Source of the DNA: Callorhinchus milii
Lineage: Eukaryota
Assembly: GCF_018977255.1 (NCBI RefSeq)
Contig: NW_024704742.1
Location: 44,332,001-44,396,000 of the forward strand
Length of the DNA stretch: 64,000 nt
Direction of reading: 5' to 3'
Of the stretch, positions 51,447-64,000 are shown in pieces. The notes under the pieces are model-generated. The model was not told where the DNA came from and searched no databases. It saw only the letters and a list, made by a program, of their open reading frames with translations. Position numbers and translations under genes: made by a program. Every line of letters starts with the position of its first letter. Within the stretch, counting starts at the first letter, position 1.

Positions 51447-52582
51447 AGACAGGGCCTGTCTCCTGGTCCTCCTGAACCTCTCCGCCACGTTCGGCACAGT
51501 CGATCACGCCATTCTCCTCCACCGCCTTTCCTCCATCATCCATCTCAGTAGGATCACACTCGCCTGGTTCGAGTCCTATCTCACAAACCACCAGCAGTAC
51601 ATCTGTACAAATGGCTTCTCCTCCTGCTCTCACCCATCACCTGTGGGGTACCCCAAGGATCCATTCTTGGCCCCCTCCTCTTTCTGATCTATATGCTCCC
51701 TCTTGGGGATGTCATCCACAGACATGGGGTACACTTCCACATGTATGCAGACGACACCCAACTCTACTTTTCCACCTCTCTTTGCGATCCCCAGTCCCCT
51801 GATGTTCTGTCAGACTGCCTGTCAGATCTCAGGGGTTGGATGAGGGCAAATTTCCTTCAGCTGAACGTTGACAAGACGGAAGCCACACTCTTTGGCTCTC
51901 GTCAAAGTCTAAAATCTCACGGCTCTCACCTCCTCCACCTACTCGACCTCCCCCTAAAACTCTCCGAACCCGTACGCAACCTAGACGTCAGGTTCGACCC
52001 CCAATTATCCTTCCCCCCCACTTCCAGTCCCTCACCAGCACCGCTTTCTTCCACATCTGACTCATTGCCCATCTCTGCTAATACCTCGCCCCAAAAGCCG
52101 CTGAAACCCTGGACCATACCTTTGTCACCTCTCAGCTGGACTACTCTAATGCCCTCCTTGCCGGCCTCCCATCCACTACCATCCATAAAATTCAAATTAT
52201 TCAAAACTCTGCCGCCTGCATTCTCACCCGCACAAAACTCCGCTCCCCGATCACCCCAGTCCTTGCCAGACTGCACTGGCTGCCTATCCCAGAGAGGATC
52301 GATTTCAAGATCCTCACCCTCGTATTCAAGTCCCTGTACTCCTCTGCACCCGCCCTACCTCTCTGACCTCCTCTCTCCTCAAAACAGTACCCGTTGCCTT
52401 CGTTCCTCCGTGTCTGGCCTCCTCCTCATCCCCCGAGTCCTCCGCTCCACCCTCGACGGTCGTGCGTTTAGCCCTATGGCCCGAGGCTCTGGAACTGCCT
52501 GCCTCACTCCCTTCGCCTCGTCCCCTCTCTTCCTATTTTCAGGTCTCGGCTGAAGAACTTTCTTTTCGACTGCGCCTTCACA
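51447..52582 (+). mobile_element. L2 LINE RT region (frameshifted)
   Basis: [60 protein letters not shown]. Confidence 0.95.
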
Positions 52583-54334
52583 ATCTGGACTTGTGTAATA
52601 TCTAGTTGAACCTGCTGTACAAGACAAAGTTTCACCATTGCTCAGAAACTTCATGTAACATGCACACAGCTACTTTCCTTTCCCACAAGACACGTAGGAT
52701 TGAAAATGTCTGCTTCTATTGACAAATGACTACTCATTATGAGGTGGGAAAAGCCTTCTCTATGAATCCTGATATTTTGTTTGGAAAAAAGATATTTGAC
52801 CAATCTTAAATTGGATAATTTTGGATTCATTCTTAGGATTTGTTGTTCATTGCTAGATATATTTTTTTTACAATATATATCAACTCTATTTTTGGTGGGG
52901 GAATATTACATTTTCCAGGGATTTGATAGTCTCAGAGTTTCAGTTTCTAATCAACAGATTTGAAAACAATACCAGCAATATCAATCAATGAATAAAAGCT
53001 TTTCCGATGCGAGCAAATGCATGATAGGAAATGACTGAAATTATGTGTTTCGTTTTGCGTTTTCGTGTTTATTACATCTATAATTTCCCTGTTAATATCT
53101 GCAGATAATTTCCCTGTAAGACTGCAATAAATGAAATGTACCTTTAATATTCTGTTTAAAAGGTCAAAATGTACTGATCTCAGAGATCATTTCGCCATGG
53201 AAGCTCACAAAAGTTTTTATGAATTATATTAAAAGAAAATGCCACAAATTCTCTCATTCCTATTTTTATCACCATTACCAATGGACAGAGAGAACTTTCT
53301 CCACCAACATGAGAACGTAGCAACATCCTTAAAGAGACATTGTCAATATGAAAAAAGCATTGGGCAATTTTTTTTCTTTCTAGGGAGGCATAAAGCCCAT
53401 GATCTGGGGTGATATTTTAAATATTAAAATGGTATTATATGCAAATAATACATATTAATAATCCTTACATCTTTTATACAACATGTTTCATGTCAGAAAG
53501 ACATCTCAAAGCATTTCACAGGATCTAAAGTGTAGTGACTGTGTATTTTGTTGCCACATGATACAATGATGCATTTTATTGAGACTTACATCATGTGCAG
53601 TGAAGAAACGTTTTCCAATAAAGATACTCTTTGATAAAAAAGTTCCTGACTGTCCATAAATCCCTTACTTCACAAAACATTTAAACAATAGCTAAAAATA
53701 AGAGCAGCAAAATCATAGGGATTTAAAAATGTCCATTGTATATTGTAACAAAGAATAAAAGAGGAAAGGGAGAGATTTCAATGCTGTAATTTAATTTTAG
53801 GATCTTGCTGGGTTTTGCCTGAAAATAACAGACACTACACTTTACATAAAACTCTGTGACGCACTTTGAGACATTTTGTCGCTATATCATATGCAAAGAT
53901 TTTGCATTATTTGTATGATCTGCATTCCTTGAATGGATTGGAGGCTGGTAATCACATTCTACTATCCAATATCTTATTCTTGTATCAATAACAACAGAGT
54001 TCAGGTCAATCTGAGATAATTCTCTGTTACTGATCTGAACTGATTTTTCTGGGTCTTGGTAGTGATGCAAACAATTTAGAGATGCAAGGTCATATCAGTA
54101 CAGTTGTACAATGGGCAAGTTGGAAAAGCCAAATATTTTGTTGTATTTTTGTTTAGAACAACATGCCATAAATATATTATTCATACAAAATGATATGTGT
54201 AAAATCCGTTTAATTAGAATGAATCAAATAATTTAAATAAATGCTGTTAACTTTACGTCTTCGTGATTTTCCAATGCCTGTTGCATTAGCAAAATAATAT
54301 TAAGTTGTGAATATTATTAGACTTATATTTTTAT

Positions 54335-54445
54335 TTGAAAGGCAAGGGTGGGTAATTGGATTTGAGGTACAGATCAGCCATGATCTTATTGAATGGCGAA
54401 ACAGACTCGAGAGGCTGAATGGCCTACTCACGTTTGTATGTTTCT
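54335..54445 (+). mobile_element. CR1 3' end
   Basis: agatcagccatgatcttattgaatggcg..ggctgaatggcctactc. Confidence 0.8.
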
Positions 54446-56082
54446 GTATATATTTATATATATTTACATAATTGATAAATTCTTGTAATAGGTTGAATGG
54501 GTTCCTTCTGAGTTGACATTTATGTAATGTATTGTGCAGGCAGTGAACAGGCAGATATGACCTTGGTTTAGCATCTCACCCAATGGGTGAATTGCATGAG
54601 TATCAAGATGAGCGAATTAATCTTAGTAAATAACATATTTCAGGCACCCTGGTCATAGAGCATCAAAATGAATCAAACTTCATTTTCTTTGCCCAAGCAA
54701 AGTACCTCAGTGTACCCCATTCATTTTGTAAACTGGTATTCCTGTGACTCTTCTGATTGGGAGTGTCAATTCATTGCCGAGTTCCGACCAGTTATTGCCT
54801 GCAAAGAACTAGATTGAGTCTGCCTTATGAGGAGTTGCCCATCACATCAGTCCTGGCAGGTTTTAAGACTACCATAGGACTTTGAACTCATTGTCTTTAG
54901 GCTGATACTCCCAGTCTCCAAACTACGAAAAATCACTAATTCACTTCATAGTGGTTTGTGGGTCATTGCTGAGTGCAAACTGACTGCCACTTTTGCCTGC
55001 AAAAATGCAGACACTTCACTTCTTGGCAATTACCTATAAACTGCTTTGAGACATTTTGACTTAGAAGCAATGTATCAAAAGTAAGGATTATTATTCTTAC
55101 TGTATATTCCTCAAATAGGCGTGGTCGATTCCATGGTGTCCTGGAAAAGCAGCAGGCTTTTGGTATTCTCTAAACTGTTCCAATGTCTTTGTTGATGTAA
55201 TAAAATGAATGCAGTGATGTCAGCCTGGCTTCAGAAAAATAAGGGGACACCCACATACAATAGTTTTCACAGCAGGTTATTCTGCTCACCACTGCCTACA
55301 GCAGTGAACGTTAGCTGCTGTTGTTATTTTAGTTTATTTAACATTTGTATGGTTTCGATATTTATTACAAACATAATATAATATAATTCTAGCTCAATAG
55401 TAAATTACTAATTTGACTTTGCCAGCGCATGTTTGTTGTTGCAGTATATTTAATATGCAAAATCTGAAATCACTGGAAACTAATTGATTTTCAAATAATT
55501 TACATATTTTTTGAATATTCCAGTAATTAAGCTTCGAAGGAAAGATTACCAGCATTACATTCCATATAAAGTGGATATCTCATTTTGTGATATCATCTAC
55601 GTAGGGCTTGTGAAATGTAATCCTTTTTTTTGCTTGCTTTTTGATGTTAGAAAAGCAATGGTCGATTTGTTTAATTAATCTCCTTCGTATTACAGTGAGT
55701 CACATAAAAATCTGTGTGATAATTGTTCTAAGCAAACAAATAAAGATGTGGAGATATTGGAGGTACCCTGGGTATTCATGTCCCAGCTGTTTGTCTCATT
55801 ACCTGGAGTAAAGCACATTACCGCCTCTTCATCTTAATCTGGTTAGGTGGCCACTAATCTTATTCTGTTATCTGGAGGGATCACCTTGTCCCTCAAATCT
55901 CAGATGAACATAACTCTCAGCTACTAACTAGATTGACGATAAATCTGGGGCTCCAACAACACTGGTTGTACTAAGGAAGAATGAAAGAGTAAGGACAGAT
56001 ATGTGTTTTAAAGATTAGAAAACAAAACAACTGTTTGGGAAAAAACCTCATACTGACGAATTGCTGCAGTTAGAAGAGAACA

Positions 56083-56190
56083 TAATAATAATAATCCTTG
56101 CATTTGATATAACTCCTTATCACGTCTTTGAGACTTCTCAAAAATCTTCACAGAATATACTATAAAGTGAATTGACTGTATACTTTGTGT
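56083..56190 (-). mobile_element. SINE 3' tail
   Basis: (AAT)n-ccttgcatttgatat..gtgaattgactgtata. Confidence 0.85.
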
Positions 56191-57251
56191 GAATATAAGT
56201 AAAATGTAAATGCCAAAGATCCCCGAGATGCCTCTAATATTGCAGATAATGGAAAAGAAGAAAAGGTTTCAGAACACCTGCTTTGAGTGTTTCTCCAAGT
56301 GGTTCCCTTGTGGACACTCCAGGTGAGAATGACATGAGAGTCTCTCTTCTCTGGCAGCTATTGTGTATTGTGGACAAGAATTTTCTCAAGCCATGGAGCA
56401 CTTTGGCAACATGTGCTAAGAGCTGAACCTTTGTTGGAACATACCATCAGAGTGGCTATACTTAGTGGCATGAATAATTTCTTGCTCCATATATTTAATC
56501 AATCAAAAGCAGCCTCAACCCTGTTAATGGAGCATATAAAACGGCATCTGTGCAACAGTACTTTTAAAAATAACAGAGACTTAAGCAGCCACTAACTAAA
56601 AAGATGACTCCAGCAGATTTATTTAATGGTTAGATTTGCATCCATTGAAGTTTTGTATCTCGGATTGTAATCATCCAAAGCTGCTTTACAAGATAATGAC
56701 AACTACATTGATATCATGCAAAACAGCACCTGAAAGGTATTGCCCAATTTGAATGCAGCAACATCACTAAACCGGGGTCCAAGATTGTGATATCTGAGCA
56801 TTTCCAACCAGTTTTGGTCACTCAGAAGTTGGGGACAATTTAAAGATACAGGTTAATAATGATTCTAAAATAAGGAATGGAACATGGAGGAATATTGCAG
56901 ATTTTGATGCCGTAGATTAATAGGATGATTAATACAAAATGCAAAAACAAAGGGTGTCAAAGGACTGATTTAACTCAATAGAACATCTAGAAGATGTGAA
57001 AAGTGCTATATCAAATGTAAGGGTTATTAATTATTTATTATAATAGACAGTGCAAACTAAGAGTGTGTTTGAGCTGGTGTCAAGTTAGAATAAGAGAAGA
57101 CTTCACAAAATAAAATATCTAGTTTATATTTTAATAAAGTGACAATATGAACTATTCACTTGAATTCAAAGCAGTTTTTATTGTCAGATTTTGGAGCATT
57201 ATAATACCAAATAGGAAATCAAAAGTGTATTTTCTATTCTTGTCTTAGCAA

Positions 57252-57510
57252 TATAAGAAACACTGGAAAAGAAGAACAGGAAGAAACCATTCAGCCCATC
57301 AAGCCTGTTCCACCAGTTTATTATATATCTTGTCAGATCTTTTAATCCAAATGCCCTGCCATTTTGCTGTGTCCTTTTCTCTCTCCTATCCAAGTATCTT
57401 TTTTAAACATTCCTATTGAATCTACCTCCAAGTCTTCCTTGGGCAGAGCATGTCACATCTTTACAACCCTCTGAATGAAGAAATGCTTCCTGACCTCAGT
57501 TTTATCTGTC
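57252..57510 (-). mobile_element. Old CR1 3' end
   Basis: gaacaggaagaaaccattcagcccatcaagcctgttcc; aaccctctgaatgaagaaatgcttcctga. Confidence 0.75.
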
Positions 57511-58504
57511 TTGCCTCTGATGTGTTTATTCATATTATTCATAATGTTTTGCATGAATAGAAGAATCAATAGGAAAAGAAAGAAGAGAAAATGGACAAAT
57601 GAAACCTATCCTTTTATCTGAGAGATTGCTTATTATTCAGTTCAATTCTGTTACCAACAACTGTGCTTATTTACAAAAAGTCTGTGATGGAATTAATGTG
57701 GGCCAAATAGCAGGAAAACATTTTCAAATATCTTTTTTTAATTCTACAATATCAGTATAGAATGAGATTGTAAATGCATGCAGAATTACCTTGGGTATAA
57801 ATGAAGCAATCATCAATTTTCATAATCAAATTTGTATTACTTTTTAACAGTTTAATCAGCTAAATGTGGCTCATGATTCATGTCAATATTAAAAAGTGAA
57901 AATTAATCTTTACAGAATTGAAAGAAAAAAAGTCCATCAATGTGTCTTTGTGAATTAAGGATGACAGTAGTGTTTGCTGAACTTATAAAGGTTGATTTTC
58001 TTTTTATTAAATTCCCCCTTATTTCATTCCATGTCAAGCTAAATGATTTGTAGAATGACTACATCAAAATCAATTCCGACTTAATGCAGATAATAATGTG
58101 AGCACACGCATATTATTTAACCTATTGAGAAGGCAGAAGTCTTATTTCCATAATGTGAGATGAAGGGAGGGAAACTTGTCTCATTACCCTTTCAAGATAA
58201 ACTTGCAGAAAAAATTAACCTTCACAAATTAAAGCAAAAGTACTAACAAAATCTTCCTTGCTCATACTGGCTGAATGAATTATTTATTAGCCATTTGGTT
58301 GCAATCTGCTGTTCCTATCTGTGCATGGACTTTTATTGCTGCATTATTTTAATTATCCTTTGATATGGTACTGATAACGTCAAAACATCTCAAATCGCTT
58401 CACAGGGAATTGCTGTCAAGTTTAATAGGCTGATTGTACTGGTAGTCAAATGTGACAGCCATTTTGGACACCGTAAGCCCATAAATAGGGCCTTCAGATG
58501 TCCT

Positions 58505-60100
58505 ACCGGAGTGAAAGGCTCTGAACGCACCTGGCTTAAATTGAACTTATCGAACGATCGGCAGCTCTGGCTGGACCATATCAAATCTTACCGCTCTGCC
58601 CTCACCTCCGCTAAATCATCATTCTACTCCAAGACAATCTTGAAGGTTATGGACAACCCCAGACTCCTCTTCTCTATCACCAACCGGCTCCTCCGCCAAC
58701 CCACTCATGCCTCGTCCATCCTCACCTCCAATGCCAACTGTGATGCAATGCTAGACTTCCTCGAATCCACTGGTACCGTTCCCACCCCTTTAAAAATGGC
58801 CATCACCATTCCCTTCACAAACCCCTCCAATGTGATTCCGTGCCACCCACAGCACAGAAACAGCCCTGGTCGAAGTGACAAATGATATTCTGTCCATCTG
58901 GACCAGGGCACCCTTTGCCTCCTCGTCCTTCTTGACCTCTTGATACCGTTGACTACTCTATCCTCATCCACCGCCTCTCCTCTCACCTCAACCTTCATGC
59001 TTCTCCTTGACTGGTTCAGATTGTACCTCTCACACCGCCTCCACTTCATCTCCACAAATCGTTTCTCCTCTAACCCCCGCACCGGCTCATGCAGCATTCC
59101 TCAGGGCTCTGTCCTTGGTCCCCTCCTCTTCAATATCTACATGCTCCCTCTTGGTAACATCAGTTGACATGGGGTCAACTTCCACATGTATGCAGATGAC
59201 ACCCAACTGTACCTCTCTGTACCACCCTTGACTCCAGGACCACTGCTGTTCTGACAGAATGTCTGTCAGACATCAAGTCCTGAATGAGAACTAACTTCCT
59301 TCAGTTGAAGGTCAACAAGACCGAGGCTCTCCTGATTGGCTCCCGTCAGCGCCTCCTCACCTCAGGCATTGATACCATAACCATCTACTCCACCTCACTG
59401 AGCCAGTCCGGAACCTTGGCATCTTGTTTGACCCTCAACTATCATTTCTACCCCACATCCGTACCATGATCCTCTCTGCTTTCCCCCATCTCCACAACAT
59501 CGCCCGGCTCCGCCACTGACTCACACCGCAGGCCGCCGAAACCTTCATAAACGCATTCGTAACATCCAGGCTTGACAATGCTTGCTTATTGGCCTCCCCA
59601 ACTCTTCCCTTCATAATCTGCAGATCATGCAGAACTCTGCAGCCCATGTCCTCTTGCGCACCAGGCTCCGGGATCCTATCACCCCCATCCTCACCCGAGC
59701 CACTGCCATCTCATCTCACAGAGGATACAGTTCAAGATCCTGGTCCTCAAGTTCAAAACCCTCCATGACCTCGCTCCCCACTACCTTCTGCGACCTCCTA
59801 ACCCCGTACCATCCTGCCTGCTCCCTCTGCTCAGCGGGCTCCGGCCTGCTCCACGTCCCCTACCTCACCTACCCCACCATTGGTGGGCTGGCCTTCTGCC
59901 ACTCTGACCCCACCCTCTGGAACTCCATCCTGCAGTAAGTTCAAGACCCATCTCAAGACTGTGCTTTCGTTCAGTGTCCTTCCGTCACTGCCCTCCACCC
60001 GCCTCAGTCCAAAACCCCAGCTCTGGTATGGAACTCTGACTGACTGACTGGGACGTCCTCCCAATGTGAAAGGCACTGTACAAATGTCATTTTGCATTGT
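58505..60100 (+). mobile_element. Internally deleted, degenerate L2 LINE
   Basis: [65 protein letters not shown]; stem-loop tail. Confidence 0.95.
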
Positions 60101-60304
60101 ATTGCATAAACAGCCATCAAGTGAATGACCAATTTATCTGGAGCATTATTTATTAAAGTGAACTCAAAAAGCTGGGTCTGTGTTGCACTGCCAATGAATA
60201 ACCATTGGTTAGTGGGCTTATTATAGGATTAACATTTAGTAAACTAAAAATTCAAGAAGTCAGTTTTTCAAGGTAAGTCTGCATGATCATAATAAAACAA
60301 AGGT

Positions 60305-60432
60305 ACAACACGGATGTATAGGGAAAGGGCAGGTAAATGGGACTGAAAGGATTTCTCTTTTAAAGAGCCTGCATAGATATGATGAGGTTGAATGGCCTTC
60401 TTGTGAGATGTAAATTTTTATGGTTCTACGTT
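60305..60432 (+). mobile_element. CR1 3' end
   Basis: tttaaagagcctgcatagatatgatgaggttgaatggccttctt. Confidence 0.7.
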
Positions 60433-60914
60433 ATTTTATCTCAGTGGATTATTTACACTCCAATGTACAGTCTAAATAATAATCTGGAATATTATTTACA
60501 CTGCACACTGGATCAGTGTAAATACTGCTCGGATAAATTGATCATTCACTTTATGGCGGTTTATGCCATTGTATGCTTGACATTTCTGCCAATTGGGTTT
60601 CTTAATTTTTTACGCCAAATTTCTCTTTCAGGTAAGAGGACAGGTACAGTTTAAAACAACAACAACAACTTGCATCTAGAGAGCACTCTTTACCTGGGAT
60701 AGAGATTCTCAGTGGCTGCTGTCAATTGATTCCTGTGATCAATTATGTTATGTTTCTATGAGGCCTGACTAGTCTTCATGCACAGAATAGGCTAGATGGT
60801 GGGAAAGTTATGTTTGGACATGAAAATGGTGCTGCACAAAACATTTTACTCTCTTGATACATTATTTCCCTTCTTATTTTAGCCATAACACAGCTTATTC
60901 TAGTCCAAGCACTC

Positions 60915-61080
60915 CAGCAGTGAAATAGTGAAGTTGCTGGTGTTAGCAGACGGTTGCCGATAGAGGGTCTAGAGAACGGTAGAGCAGATCCCCTCGACTT
61001 TGTACTCGAGGAAATCCATCATCTCCTCTCATTTATTGTTGGAGGAGAGGATGGCAGAAACATGGGAGAGTGGATGACTC
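60915..61080 (-). mobile_element. L2 internal fragment
   Basis: Reverse complement ILSSNNK*EEMMDFLEYKV resembles ILTSNANCDAMLDFLES at 58.7 kb. Confidence 0.6.
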
Positions 61081-61497
61081 AGGCTTAATTTGGAGCCGTT
61101 TATCTGTGGTTCTTTAAAAGTACTGGCTTCCAATTAAACCTGAGTTGAATACAGCAGATCAAATATGATTTATTGCAGAAAGATATTGCGTAGACAACAA
61201 ATATCAAAAGGTTATAACATTGCAAAGATAAGATATGTATTTTCCCATAGTATTTCCTATTGAAGGACTCAGAGTGAAGTACTATTTACGAGGATTTGGA
61301 ATTAAATGTTTAACATTAGAAGAATTAAGTACATAGGTATGGGATTCTCTCTCCCCAGCTTACTAGTAAAAGGTCAATTTAAATTCATCAGGTACTATAT
61401 AATTGCAAGTTGTTGTTACTTTTTTGGTAAATATTTCAGTCTAACTTGATCTAGATTCTTGGTTTTCCTAGTTTTGTCACCTAATGTCAATATCAGA

Positions 61498-61900
61498 TAC
61501 AATACAAAATTACATTTGTAAAGCGCATTTCATGTTGGGAGGACATCCCAAGGTGTTGAACAGTCAGGGATTAGGGCCCGAGCGAGTGGAGGTGGGGTTG
61601 GGATCAGGTAGGGTGGCTGTAGGCACAGTTGAAGAGGAGGGTCTTGAGGCGTGCCTTAAAGAAGACAAGGGAGGGAGCGAAACAAAGGAAATGTGGGATG
61701 CAGTTCCAGAGGGTGGGGGCAGAGACGCTGAAGGCCTGATCGCCAATGATGGGGCAGGCAGGTCAGGAGACATGGAACAGGCCAGAGCTTCCTGGACGGA
61801 GGAAGCGGACAGGTTGATAATGGGTTAGCGGGTTTGGAGAGTTAGGAGGGTGCAATCTCATGAAGAGTCTTGAAGATGAGGAGGAGGGTTTTGAATGCAA
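61498..61900 (-). mobile_element. L2 3' portion
   Basis: ttgggaggacatcccaagg stem-loop and LWN-type region. Confidence 0.85.
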
Positions 61901-62894
61901 ATTTATCAACATTACAGTTAAATCCAGAGTCAATGTCCCCTATAATGTATCTTAGCCTCAGCCTCAGCAAGTCATCCTTTTTTTTACATCAAGAAGATTT
62001 CATTCCTGTTTCCTATGCGAACTATCCTTCTGTTTGCTCCCTACCGTGTGAAATTGTGATAAAAAAACTAGCAGATTGGTTCATTGAATTGACTGAGTCG
62101 CTAACAGGCATTCCTGCCAATAACCAGCAGTTTGCCACAGTCAGCCTGTCGGAACCACCTGATCTCCTAATGATGCATTGGAGTGGGAATCCTAACCTGT
62201 TGGCTGTGACGTACTACCAGTTCCCTTCAGGATTCCCTATAAAAGTTTGTGAACTATTATTGGAGAATCCTGTTGCCAGTTAACGATTGTCTCACCCAAT
62301 TATCTATTTCAGATAACAACAACAAAATTACATTTGTAAAGCTCCTTTCACATAGGGGAGGATGTCCCAAGGCACTGACATAAGAAGTCCGTGTTGAGAA
62401 AAGGGTATTTGTCTCTTTGTAATGCATCCTTACAATTATACTACAGGAAGCAATGTGATACTGAGGGAGAATATGTTTCATTGGTTTTCAAGGTCAGCAC
62501 ATTTTAGTGATAAAGGGAGAATAATTCCTTTGTAGTCTCCTTTGTCTCCTGTTCTTGGGGTGAACACTGTTATTTAATTCACTTTTTTACTTGATTCAGC
62601 ACATTGTAAGGACAGTTAAAGAAAAACATTGCTACTATTATTCACAGGTTTCTTTGTCAGTCTCTCTGTTGCAATATGATTCCATTCATTGTATATTTAT
62701 GACTCAAGTTTATCCACCTTTGTAGAAATCCCATTATAAATGCACCTCGAAACATGTACCACACTTAGTGAGCAGAAAAGGACCAATGTGAGAAAAGGAA
62801 TACTTGATCGGATTCATGTAATATAATTTTTTACAGAATCTAAAACATAAAAAATACAATTTACACATGCTAGACTTTACAAATAATTGCTTTA

Positions 62895-63293
62895 GGGAAC
62901 TGGGCAGCACAGTGGTTTAGTACACTGCCATTTCATTTCTCTGACCTGGATTTGAATCTAACTCAGAATGATAAGAAGAAAGCTTTCTCTGTCAGTTGTA
63001 AAGGTCCTACATTAATATAGTATTGGCTGAAACAGCCCAGTTCCTGCTCGATGCAGGTCCAGAGCACAAAGCTGTCCATAATTTGATATAAATTGGCAAT
63101 AAATTTCCAGTCACTGACAGAGAGGCTTTATGGATGGTTGACATGGGAAATGGATAAATTCACCCTGGTGCTGTAGGGGGTGCTAGTCTGAGGTTTGACC
63201 TCATCCAAGTCATTTGGACAGAGTAGTGGGACTCTTGCTATGAATCTGGCTGTGCTATACCTCACCTATGAGTGCTTGGTGTTGATTCACTGT
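62895..63293 (+). mobile_element. LF-SINE-like ancient tRNA-derived SINE
   Basis: Colinear with the remembered LF-SINE consensus: gccatttcatttct..tttgaatctaactcag head, cagcccagttcct, gtccagagcacaaa, aattggca, cagagaggc, gctgtgctatacct. Confidence 0.65.
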
Positions 63294-64000
63294 CAAGTGT
63301 TCACTTCCCCAGAACTGATATCCATCACCATGGTGAGCAGAACAAATAACATAAAATGCATGAAAAAACATCAATTTCTTATAAGTTCTGGATAGATGTT
63401 CCTCAGCAACAATGGCAGAATTTATGTGTCTGGCTAGGAAACACACTTGGTGCAGATCAGAGTAAAAGTTTTATTTTCATGTATAGAATGCATAGATTCC
63501 TCCTCATTAAGCTGGTGATATCAATTTTAGGGAAATCACCACTATTAACACTGGTGTCTGGCAGTTTTATCGAGTGTTTCTAGGTTGACTACAATGTAAT
63601 CAGATACAGAGTAAAGGTCCATGTAATTTACTCAATCAATGAGATGTAAAATCAAGGTTGAGTCACACATGGGAACACCTTCTAGTCACCTGAAGTACCT
63701 GAGGGAACTCTGCAATGGCACAATCTACCTCCTGAGTGGACTTCCTGTGTATCAGAATGATGTTGGTCCAGTTATTGGAAAAGGTTAGTAAGCAATTCCA
63801 TTAGACATCACTGAAAATTAGACTGAACATTTGTTAACTGATTGCAATGTATTCATGTTAAAAACTAAATTTAAAATTCAGCTGGACACAGTAACATGTT
63901 GAAAACAAATAAACGTGGACAAATGTTTGAAACATATGTCTGGTGCCTTAAGCTTTTCTATTATAAACAGGAATGTTTACTGCAATCTGTTATAGGTTCT

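Noticed and set aside
51693..52553. Longest ORF (286 aa) as a host gene
   Set aside because: N-terminal part is L2 RT (YADDTQLY); the rest is an out-of-frame read-through after a frameshift
61870..62283. 137-aa plus-strand ORF
   Set aside because: Starts inside an antisense L2, lacks convincing splice or Kozak context and any recognisable motif

Overview
Eukaryotic, AT-rich, repeat-dense genomic DNA. The repeat repertoire (L2 and CR1 LINEs, tRNA-headed SINEs with a Deu-domain-like core and L2-type tails, an LF-SINE-like element) points to a cartilaginous fish, possibly a chimaera; this is inference from remembered consensus sequences, not a database result. A large share of the window is decayed retroelements, often nested. 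Most long ORFs in the track are L2/CR1 reverse-transcriptase remnants or their antisense shadows. Less usual elements: a degenerate R4/Dong-type restriction-endonuclease retrotransposon, a decayed PIF/Harbinger transposase, a five-copy unclassified poly(A)-tailed repeat, a tiny hAT-type MITE with an 8-bp target-site duplication (TSD), and several palindromes. I recognise no known protein-coding gene. The best non-repeat signal is a candidate minus-strand gene: a CpG-rich non-coding first exon near 50.2-50.3 kb with CHR/E2F-like motifs, an ATG-containing second exon, and several short phase-compatible exon candidates downstream. A separate CRE+TATA promoter-like element lies on the plus strand at 25.8 kb. 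I found no well-supported new biological system. Repeat boundaries are read by eye (about +/-10-20 bp).
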